A DNA stretch of 64,000 nt, taken from Tubiluchus corallicola (taxonomy: Eukaryota > Animalia > Priapulida). The notes beneath the pieces were generated by a model that made no database searches, was not told the DNA's origin, and was given only the letters and a program-made list of their open reading frames with translations. The stretch lies in NCBI GenBank assembly GCA_030141605.1, contig JAQGDQ010000662.1:1-64000 (forward strand), given 5' to 3'. Made by a program: the position numbers and the translations under genes. Shown one piece after another: positions 13,401-25,400 of the stretch; positions within the stretch are counted from its first letter, which is position 1, and each line of letters starts with the position of its first letter.

Positions 13401-16400
13401 TTAACAGTGTACGCTCACGGCTGATCAAGCATTTTCCGGGTAAACATCCAAGAAATACCTAATGGTAAAAATTGGATCAACCGTGAATCGAACACATCCT
13501 ACAGACCGATTCCCATATTGCATAATACGAATGGCTTCTATACTCCTGTTAGCTACAATGTCAACGCTTAGAGGTCATAGTAACAGAAATGCCGACAAAA
13601 CATTGATAAAACTTTGTGTTACTACAGCGGAAGAGAGTTACTAGTACATACGTCTACTTGTAGCCTCCATTTTGCCTGCGAAGCTAATGGAGTCACCAAA
13701 CAGACAATAACGTGGCATCGTCAACCCGACTACGCCAGCCACGCACGAGCCCGTATGAAGACCTAAAGTGTAAAATATAAAACATTTATTTGTTTATCTG
13801 TCTAATTAGATGTTTGTTTCTTTCTTTCTCTTTCTTTCTTTTTTCTTTGACAATTTCATTATTTGTTTGTATATAATAAAATGTTTATTTACTTGCTTGT
13901 CTAATTAGCTGTTTGTTTATTTGTTTGTTTATTTATTTCATTCTTTCTTTCTTTTGCTTTGCTTTCTTTTTTCTTCTTTTTCTCTTTCACAATTTCATTA
14001 TTTGTTTCTATATAATTAAAATGTTTATTTATTTGCTTGTATAATTAGCTGTTTGTTTATTGCTTGTTAGTTCATTTGCTTGTTTGTTTGTTTCCTTCTT
14101 TCTCTCTTTTGTTTTCATTTCTTTTTTTTCTTTTTTTATCTTTGATTATTTTATAATTTATTCATTCACTCACTCATTCATTCATTCTCCTACATATCCA
14201 ATGATTGATTGATTTATTCTGTCATTCATTCAAGCACTCACTCTTTCGTCCGTGTTTTCAAAGCACAGAGATTTTTAAGTTGACTGTAACTGCCACCAGG
14301 GACAAATCATCCACTTGCAAATCCTGAAAAAGATTTCTGATTTTCTGCTTATAACCAACAACAATCCTACAAGCAATTCTTCAAAAGCTTCAAGTAAAAG
14401 TTATGAACTGTTTTCTCAAACAATACAGCCGTCATGATGAAACTGATACTTCTACACGGCGAAATAACACAGTTGCTAAAATCAGTTCAGAAATATCGCA
14501 GCTGCAAAAGAGGACTCACATTACCTATGTGCAACTGAAGTCTTTTTCCTGCTTTGTGTCGAATTTTGAAGTCCACAGTGGCACTTAACAAGTCGAGCGC
14601 ACAGTTTGCTATCTCACACAAATGCCTATTACCATTCCTGACTGGCAAACCGCTAACGACCATGTATGCATCACCTATCGTCTCTATCTGTAATTTTAAA
14701 AAATGCAATTGCAAAGAGATTATATAGGCACAACTTTAGAGATGCTCCCTCCCCATTTACAGCGTGTTTTATTTTAAAAAGATCAGAACTGCACCTATTA
14801 TTTTTGTAGCCATCCTTCTTTCACATACAGGGTATTTCTTAGTTCCCATACAGGGCCTTCGTTAGTTACCATAAGGGCCCATAAGGACCTTTCTTAGTTC
14901 CAACGCAGGGCATTTCCTAGTTACCATACAGAGCCTTTCTTAGTTCCCATACAGAGCCTTTCTTAGTTCCCATACAGGGCTTTTCTTAGTTCCCACAGAG
15001 GGCCTTTCTTAGTTCTCATACAAGCCTTTCTTAGTTCCCATACAAGCCTTTCTTAGTTCCCATACAAGCCTTTCTTAGTTCCCATACCGGCCTTTCTTAG
15101 TTGCCATACAAGCCTTTCTTAGTTGCCATACAAGCCTTTCATAGTTGCCATACAAGCCTTTCATAGTTGCCATACAAGCCTTTCTTAGTTGCCATTCTTG
15201 GCCTTTCTTTGTTCCCATTCAGGGCATTTCCTAAGTTGCCTTTTTTAAATCGGTAAGCCACCATTAACAGCACTTCAATCTGGACGCAAAGTGAACATAA
15301 ATCCGCATTATTATAGTATGCGGAGGTCAAAATACAGCAAGTCCTCGCTTAACGACGCCCCACTTAAAGACGTTTCATTTTAGCGAAGCTATTCTTTTGA
15401 CACCTCTTTTCATTAAATGCGCATTTTTCGTTTGGCGACATTCCGTCTGACGATGGATTTTGTTGGGAACACATTAGCAACGTTAAGCGAAGACTTACTT
15501 ACAATGTTTCACTACATGCAACTAACAACCAATATGTGTAGCAAATATAATAATAAAATGACAGGTGAAATCTATGTCCAGATACATCACACAAAGTTTT
15601 GATTGCTAGCAAGGCAAAGTTACTGGTAGAAAATTCTCACTTTACCTTATACACATCGTGCACTTCAACGATTTCATCGAAAACCCCGTACACGTCGTTT
15701 AAGAAATCGACAATCTGCAAGAAAAATCGGAAAGAGCGTTAAACACAGCGTGCTTTAACTCCATCAGGACTGTAAGCGATTGCTGCATTTTGCATGGGTT
15801 CATGAAAAACTCCTCTCACTAAGCAGTGACTACGTTATATTTGACAATTTTTCTAGGATTCTACTCCTCACACAATGAATTTTCATGCAAAATTATATAT
15901 GAAATGCATTTGCTTACCTTAGACAAATTAAAACTCGATTTTTGACATATAAATTGAAAAAAGCTTTCAGTAACTGCAGTGTTCGCACTGTAACAATGTA
16001 CATTATCGCTTGTGTGCAATCGGCTAATGCAGAAAATTTCAACTATCCAGACACAACAGCATGATACACTTTGGCCAGAAACTTATTGTATTTTTAAAGA
16101 GAAATTCTTGTTAAAAGATGAAACGACCTTAATTTCTCATTGCTGATCGGTTGGCTTTTCCTGGAATAACATAACCGCATAACGCTGGACAGTTTGGACT
16201 GTAGCAAGCAGGCAATCAATAAAATAGTGTGTATGATCACACAAGTATACACCACACTAAGCTACACAGGCTAAATTGGAGTGCCTGAAAAGGGCATGTT
16301 TTTCTTAATTTTATCCAATTAAATCACTGATAAATGTTTCAACAATTAACATGATTGAATAGCCGCAATTCTCCTCAATCGAACAGTGCCTAATTAGTAA

Positions 16401-19400
16401 TCATTTAGTTAAGTCTGTGTTTATACAGTAACAGAAAACTCACAAGTCATATAAGACCCATTTTGAATGGTGCAGTCCTGAAAGAGTTAATTAAAACAAG
16501 CATTGTACAAGACGCATGCAGCATTACTACCATGTTATACTGCATACGGGATTGCTTCCGACAACGAAGCCAGAGTTGAGACACTAGCTGCATTTTCATG
16601 ATCGATTAAACCATCCGATAATCGTTTATAATCGATGAATGCAGACAAAAACCACGTGTTTGCGCTTATGAGAAACCGCCACATCTAAGTGGCAATATCA
16701 GCATGCCAAGTTTCTGCACAAATGCAAAGCCACATTGCTTGACTTTACTGCAGTGATGGCTGAAAGTATCGTGCAATTTTTGTGAACTTTTATGAAATTG
16801 ACACTAGAAGGCAGTAAATTTGCATCGGCAACTGAAAAATATCGGAAATAAAAACTATTCGGTCCCGCATTTAAGTAAGCGAAAAAACGTTGTGTTTACT
16901 CAAAACTGAGGCACATAACCAAAATATATGGCTGCTACAGAACCACATACCATAAGCATGTATAACTGTGCTAGTGAGAGAGACATTAAAAAAAATGTCG
17001 CTAGAATTTTTTTGAAAAATTATGGTAACCAACAGGGTCAACTTTAATCACTTGTATCATCGCAATGTCACAGCCCGTATCAGAAAATACCTTATCATTA
17101 TCCAAATTTACCCCACTTATGAATCAACAAGGTTTTTCAAAAGCCGCGCTTTCACAGGCTTCTCGACTTCACCAACTATCTGAAAATTTTTAAGTCCAAC
17201 AATTGCCAAACATGTGCCAAAAGTTTGCCAAACAGTGTTCACCATTGTTGCTAAAGTGTCGTTAGAAAAAATTTTAAGATGAATAAAACGCCAAACTTGC
17301 TACCGCGCTAAACTGTCATAAAGTTGTCGTAACATGCGATAAAACGTTCGCAACAATTTCAGAACTCACGAGATTTTGTCGAACATTTTGCGACGCTTTT
17401 GAGAAGGTTGAGACGACTTTTGTGATTATTTTTCCACATTTTTGCAAACCTCAGTTGTCCCTCACTTCTTTCTGTGAAACTGTCAAGAAATGATCGCGAA
17501 GTACTAACACGAGTGTCATGTAACATTTGTTTTGCAGCATAAATATCGATGAAATTGCAACGTCGTGCGAATTTCGTGCTTTATTCTTCCGATTTTCGCC
17601 TCAGAAAAAAGCCCAGAATTTGCAAAACTGCGGCAAAAGTCACACGAAAGACAAAACACAGTTGCTGGAAAAATTTGGCCACTGTTGGAAAACTTTTGAC
17701 TGTCACAAAAATGGCAAGTCCACGAGCAATCCTGACTTAAAACATCTAACATTGTCACACGCAAGAAAACTCAAACAGAATTAGGAATAAAACAGTTGAA
17801 TTTACACTTTACATCTCGGTAAAAATGCTAACCTGCATCGGGCTGCTATCAGAAGAGAGTTCTGAGAAGCCAACAATGTCAGAAAAGTAGATAGACACGG
17901 CTTCGTAATGTTCCGGCGGAACGGGCTTTCCCAGCTTCAGTGATTCGGCCACGGAGCTGTAAAAAACGTACGCGTTAATTCATTAAGAATCGGTACTTGA
18001 AAAACAGGTCGCTACGTCCATGAACAAAAGCATTGAGACACGAAAGAGCCATCCTCCAGGAATCATTATTATTATTAATCTACTGACTATTCAAATTTAG
18101 ATAAAATATACAACGGTTTATATGCTGTTTATTGAGTGCAGACGATCGGTTCGACAAGAAATATTATTATCAATGCTCGAAATTAAGCCAAAAGAAATAA
18201 TAAGTACATTTATAACAGTGCAATTAGTAATCCACATTTTATACTCTTCTGAGTTTATGATTTTTCGTTCCTCGGTAATAAGCCTTTTTCACAGTTCCAC
18301 GGAGCAATGATGATGATCGTGAAAAGGTCAAAGGTCAAGTGAAAGTGAACCTAATAATGTTATCTGAACCAAACAACGCATTTGTTTACACTTTACAACG
18401 CCCCACAGTCCACGCTGTTGTCATAGTAACAGTTTTTGGCATTAATTTTTGCTTCATTTATTCCATTTTACATGGATTGCTGTTGCTATTTTGCTAGCTG
18501 TTTTCGGATAAGAATAACATGTTAGTTTAAAACTATATACGTGTAATATATACTAAAAATAACCACGTTCTTCACCCATTTCACCTACATGTAGTTATGT
18601 GCATAAGATCATGCGACTATTATAATTAAAGGACAAGAAAAAGGGCAACTGAAGTAGGTTTCAGAAAGATCGCCTTAAAAAATTGACACCACTAAAACAC
18701 GTAAATCAGGGGAAGAAAAGGCAATGTTAAATTAAACCCAAAAAACTTTCCGTGCAAATCTATATTACTTAGCATTTCACTTACCCGCTGAAAAGACTTA
18801 CATAACTAGACTAATAATTTCAAATGTTTGTGCCAGTTGGTAAAATGTCACTGACTCACCCTCCAAGGTGCGCCACTCACTAGCCAAAAACGTATTGACA
18901 AGATACAGTAATTTAAAATTTTACTTAGTTAGTGACTTGTGCGCTACGAATGCTCTGATTATTTTTTCAAATTTTACTCAATGTTATCAGAACTTGTTTC
19001 AAACGACCTACCATTAAAATGGCTGTGCCTAACAGTCATTGCGGGAGTTTAAATTTACATGCTTTATACAGCCGATGCAAACCATGCATACGAAAAGGTA
19101 GTAGGTAAGTGGTATAAAACTTCGAGACGAATTTTTTAAGCTTTATGTAAGTGGAGGGTTTACTTGTGCTTTAAGTAAGACGTGCTGGGTTCACTTAACC
19201 TCTGACCTACAACAACTGTGCATGTGCATAGCGAAAATGTGAAAAGGCTTATTATTTTTTTATGCAGTGTTAGAAACATACTGATTATTTCTTTTGGCTT
19301 AATTTCTAGCAAAAATAAGGACATTTGTGTCGAAACAATCGTCTGCACTCAACACACAGCATGTTGAAAAGCATTAAGAATGAATGAAAAGCGTTAAGAA

Positions 19401-22400
19401 TGCATGAAAGTGTTAAGAATGCGTGAAAACATTAAGAATGCGTGAAAAGTTACAATATGGCAGATACAACATAAGAAAGTAAACTGCTTACAGGCACCAA
19501 AAGAATACAAATAATGCACAAAAGGCCAGTTGTATAACTTCCCTTACAAGTGATAATTTCAAACACGGGAAGTTTTCAGCAACCAAACTTCCACTCAAAG
19601 TCCCGAAGGTCATCATATGTCAAGAAAGAAAAGAACCGTAATCTGCACTAATATGCAACTACTTGAACTAGAAACCTACACTGGTAACAGTCGGTAAAGC
19701 AAGCGGTCAGTCTTCTGTTTTTCTTCAACGATCTGATTGGTGCGTTCCTCGACGACTTGCTCCAACTTCTTGTTAAAGTTTTCCATTGTCTCCATAATTG
19801 TGCCCATTAAATCAATCCTAAATGAGAACAATGCGGGTCATTTTTATTATTACTTTTATTACTTTCTGTTACTGCACAGATTCGTTGTTAATTACAATAA
19901 TTACTTATGATTTTGTGTCATACTAATTAGCATGTGCAATGACATACACAGCGAATGCATGACACGTTTTCATCCTTGACAACATTTAAAAACTGTGCTT
20001 AACGCAAAACCGGACCCAATCTTAAACTGCACGTCAAAACAATCTACTCTTTAAAATATAAAACACTATTTTTTAAAGAACGACTTATGTGAAAGAATTA
20101 TTACCACACAAACACAATTTTGCATTCGCGACACTAGTTCTTCGCTGTTATGTGCACTTTGCCATTCGCTAGTTAGATGAGCACTAGCGCCTACATTTGG
20201 TAAATGCATTGCACAAAAAACAGGTGCTGTACCACTCGGTTCAGACGTGTTAGTTTGTGACAAACTGCACACGTTCGACAGCTCATGCATGAGCACAGAG
20301 ATAAATTTGAAATTTGAATTTTTATCTGAAAACTTGCCTAGTTTTAGTATACCACACTGAATTCCTTACAGTAGCACTGTTCTTTAATTTTCACTTTCGC
20401 AAACAGGTGCAACACACTCGTGGAACATTTTTGCTGTTGAAAATGATGTTAGTTGGGCTCATTAATAAAGATTTCAATCTATTGCTTAACTATCAGAAAC
20501 GCTTCTGCAGTATTAATTGTGTTAAAATGTATACTTTTTATCGGACTTGAAAATGGGATAGTGTATGAAAAATCATTAAGTCTCTTGATATTTGAACCCC
20601 ATTTTTCACACTAGTTTCATTACTTGGGGCTACTTATCACCATTAACCATCTTCCTTGACATTCTCTGATGCTCCTTGACACTTTTTGATGCTCCTCGAT
20701 ACTCACTGATGATCCTTGATACTTTTTAACACTCTCTTACAGCTCTTGATACTAATTAGCATAAGCTACAACAATAAGTATGTGAGTAAAATTTTGTTAA
20801 ATTCTACACACAAGGATCATCATTGGACAGTGACCACTTACTGCCGCATTATTGAAGACACGGACAGAATTCATACTACCACAGTACTTTAATCACCATC
20901 CATTCATGTAGCAAAATATTTAAAGAAATTTGTAAACTACTTAACATGTTGGTTTTTTTTCTATGCTTAAAAACTAAACCTAGAAAAATATAACAAAGAA
21001 ACTTGCAAAAAACTGTCTATAAAGCATAAATTTAATTTATACTACCGCTGTATTGAAATTTTCAGGCACGGTGGCAAATGCCTTTCACTTGAAAATTATG
21101 ACGTAAAAGATGGATTTCGTGGCTTTTCGTAAGTGCGTCGTGGCTTTCCGTAAGCGCGCGCTGCTTAAACTAATTTAAACTTCTGTTGCTTACCTATTGT
21201 TCCTGCAAAAATAGAACAAAATCTGCTGTTTAATTTTTTTGTAAAACTTATTATACTTTGAAAAAAATTAACGTTGTTTTTCTTCAGTCGATGAACGATG
21301 TCACTGGTGGAAGAATGGGCGTTCAAAATGGAAGCACCCAAGCGTGAAATGATCGCTACTTTAAAGTCCTTTTACTAATTACAAGAGGCACTTATCACGC
21401 CTTTATTACTAAATCCTTATAACATTTTTGCGAACATTAAAATAAGCATAACCTATTTTAAAAAGGACATAACTTTCCCTTAAAGTACAAGAAAATGGCC
21501 AACCAAAGTAAGCCTCAGAAAATTCACAATGAAAAATTATTTCACCTAAGTATAATCTTAAGCAAATAAAATACTCACATTTTCGCATTTACTCCAATTT
21601 TTGTAAAATATTTCTACCGCTGCAGTAAACGTTGGCACAGACATGTTTCATTTAGCCCGCCAATTGAAAAGCCAGCATGTGACTGATCACGTGGCATGAC
21701 ATCACTCGAACACAGTCGCAGTGAGTTCTGAGCACGTGTCCTATAGAGATTTGCGTTGTGGTTCTGTGGCGCCATCTAACATGGCGCCGCTGTGACAGTC
21801 TCGCGGGAGTATTTAAAATGAAAACAAACAGGAAATTCTTTAACGTGAGTAGGATAAATGCTTAAGATTGCCTCTAATTCTTTAGCGAAAATTTTCTGAT
21901 ACTTGCTTTAACTAGACCTTTTCTTGTCCTTTAAAAAGGACATGCATTAGAAAGCATATAAAAAGATTCAATGAAAAAACAAAAGAAAAATTCATGGTGT
22001 AAATAACAATTCTTGACTTGAATAATACACGAATTCAAATTAATCTGTATGGTTTGGAAGTGCAGTATTAAATACGTCACTTTCTGAAAAGATCGCAAAG
22101 CTATCATTGTGAAGGATTTTACGTTATTTTATTACCTCAGTGTTCTCTCATTCTGTAAACCCCCTATACTGTCCTCTTTAACTGCATTCGTATGTATGTC
22201 TTGACTTGGCTTCTTTCTGTCGTGCTCTACCGACAGAGCTAGTTTATCTGGCTAGTTGGCAGTCTGTTCTTGGCTAAGAGAGTTGTTGTTGTTGTTGTTT
22301 GTCTCAGTTAAACCATTTATTTGTCAAGAGTAGTAAAGCCATGATGTAAGTTTATTTTGATTATTCAGTCTCACTTTATTATTAACTTCTTTGTTTCTTT

Positions 22401-25400
22401 TTTGGCTCAAATTAGTTTGTTATATTTTGTTATAATTTTTCTTACAGATATAAGCTTCAACAGTCCTGGAGTAACGCCCTTGAAATTGAATAATTACCAA
22501 AAGTAAAATATACTGGAATATCTGTGATTGTTTCTGTGTTTGTTTACAATACGACGGCAATACGATATGTTTAACTAACTGTCAATTTCCCCAAGAAATG
22601 AAAATGAGAGTGTTTGCAATGTGATTGCTAGGATAAGTTTTGTTCACTACACATTATGCTGATCATTTGTAGTAATCAACTCTATGCATATTGGTATCCA
22701 ATTCACATGCACCTAAGCTGAATAGAATGGAATGGCTCTCCTTGAATCTTTAAAATTTTAGTCTGTATAATTAATTTCGGAGGTTTCTGGATATATATAT
22801 ATATATATATATAAAATTCGAGGCAACAGCTACCAGGACGGCACCATTTTCTGCGATCTATATATCAAACAAAAAGTCTCGATCTAGTGTCGCCTCATTA
22901 AGGGTTTATTTTTTTAATCAGGCCCACCGGGCGAAATCCTCCAAAAATGGCCATTTTTCCGCTGTTTTTTGCAAAAATTTAACCTGTTATTCTGGAGAAC
23001 GGGAATGGACCGGAGGTGGTGCCGGTAATAGTTATTTAGCCCGTTTAACGGCTGGTGTAGTAGGCATATTTAGTGTTCATAGGAGGGCCACGGTATCCTG
23101 TAACGGACGTTTTCCCGGTCCCAATTCCCGATTTTTCCGAAATTTTGGCCTAACAGCCTGCAGAAAAACATTCTAACGATGGTTTGGAAGATTCTCGAAA
23201 GGAGATACATAGCTCTTTAGAAAGAGAAGGAACAGGGCTACACAATGATGTGGGTTACATTTTGGGATTCGCCCACCAAAAGGAGCTGCGACGAGTTGAT
23301 TGGAGGTTCCATTTTCGGCAATTCTTGTTTGGAAAACTGCTGACGTGTTGCATTGTTCTGACGTCATTCCATTATACTCTGCCTGTAATTTTGCTTCAGT
23401 AAAAGTTGCTGCTGACTTTGTGTTATAAATAAGGACTAGGTAGATGTTTGCATATTATTGATTATAAATGTATTTATATGCAAAATTTTTTGCGGGGCAT
23501 TAGCTAGTCTAACATTATTTTTTGTGCAATGTACAGCTGATGCCATAGCCTTTACTGCAAATAAATCTTACTACAAGTTTTCTTTCATTTCAAAAGTTGA
23601 CATTTCATTTTGCAGTTCAGTATTGTTTTAATTCTGAATTAGACAAAAAACCATTTTTTTAATGTTTAGGGCTCTTGAGGTGTTAAAGTGGCCCTGAGCT
23701 TCTATTCTGAAGCTTCTTCTATGTGTTCTTTTACAGCTGTAGTGAGTCATTAGCAGTGAAAGAAAACAGGAAGACACACTTTACTAGATAATAAAAGAGG
23801 AAGAATATTACTCACTTTCCGCCAGACATGTGTCGCAGTTCTTTCCGGATGTTGGCGAACGTCGGCCGCACATCCGGTTTTTCGTCCCAGCATAACTTGA
23901 TCAGTGAGATGATTCGAGGGCCCATGTCGGTGGAGTCGCTCAGCGTCGGCCGGAAGGGATTGGCCTCCCCATTCCGGACTCGATTGATGGCGTCTAAAAT
24001 GCACGAAAAAAGATGATGCTTCTTATTGTGTAATGCATTTTCTATACACGTTATGGCAACCATGACAGTAAATTATTTGTAATATATCCTATCAAAAAGT
24101 TGAAAAAATAAACACACAAAGAGAGAAATACAGTCTACGCGTTAGACTGACACGTTTTCCTCTGAGCAAAACAGAGATCTCAACTGACTGTTTTAAAATA
24201 TGCTAAAAATAAAAACATTATGCTATTACAAAAAATCAAACTATGTCAGGTAGAGTGTGATGCAAATGACAGTATGTGCTAGCCTTAATCTGTGTTGGTT
24301 TCTGTTACAATATTTTGATCTGTTATATTTTTGACATTGTGTGATGGTGTAATGTTTTTAATTGTATTATATTTTGAAACAGCCAGTCAAGTCACTGTTT
24401 TGATGTGTGTGAAAATTTGGCCATAAACCATCTACAAGTTTTGAATCTTTGTTGTGTGTTTTTACTTTTTAAATATATAGTGAAGTACTACAGATCAGCA
24501 CTTGAAGGCGTTATATCTCAAAAATTATGAAGTATAATTTGTGTGCTTGCGAAGCAAAAACATCCGCAAATCGACAATTAAGCTTTTTATCTGCATATCC
24601 TGAATCTCTATTTCATGAGGATCATTTTGATACCAAGTTTATCGCTCCATGTTATTTGTAAGCTGAGATAATCCATGTTGAAATTGAAGTGCAGGCTACG
24701 CACTGAAAAACGTATTCTTGAGAAAATTGCTGTTAAAGTCAGCCATTGTTTTTTGTCGTAACAAAACATAGCAACCGTATGAAAGTGTGGCTGCTCTGGA
24801 GTTTGCAAGAAAACATTGAAGTTACGTTTAAATCCTGTACCACATGAAGTTCTGGGTATGGCAATGGAAAAACCGCAAACAAAATTATTCCTTCCGTGAG
24901 CTGCCATCGGAGTTTGAAAATACAATTTCTGACAAGAACTCAATACTAGCTTTTAGGCAGAGAATTGGGTAAGGAGTCATAAAATCAAATTTTCAGTATT
25001 TTCTGAAGTATTTAGATTTAGTAGTATTTACAATCAACGTTGGTTTTTGCAAAAAAAAAATTGATACTTGACCAAATTTTCGATGCATTTTACTTTGAAG
25101 CAGCATAACGTAGTTTTAACTATGTCGACTTTTGGACGGTTTTGGTTTGCAAGCATGCAACTATCTTACACTACAAAAAAATCGCTTGACATTTTCCTAA
25201 TGCCTAGATGATAGCATTCTTCTCTTTTGATATCGTGTTTTTAAAATGTCTTCTTGTTAGTTAAGCAGCAACATTGGTTAAATTAGAAAAGAAACCTTAT
25301 ATGTAATTTACTTCAGAAAGAGAAAAGAACTCCAGTGACCTCCGGCTAAAACTATCAAGAACTAGTCTCGTAGAACTTGATAGTTCTAAATACCTCTAGA

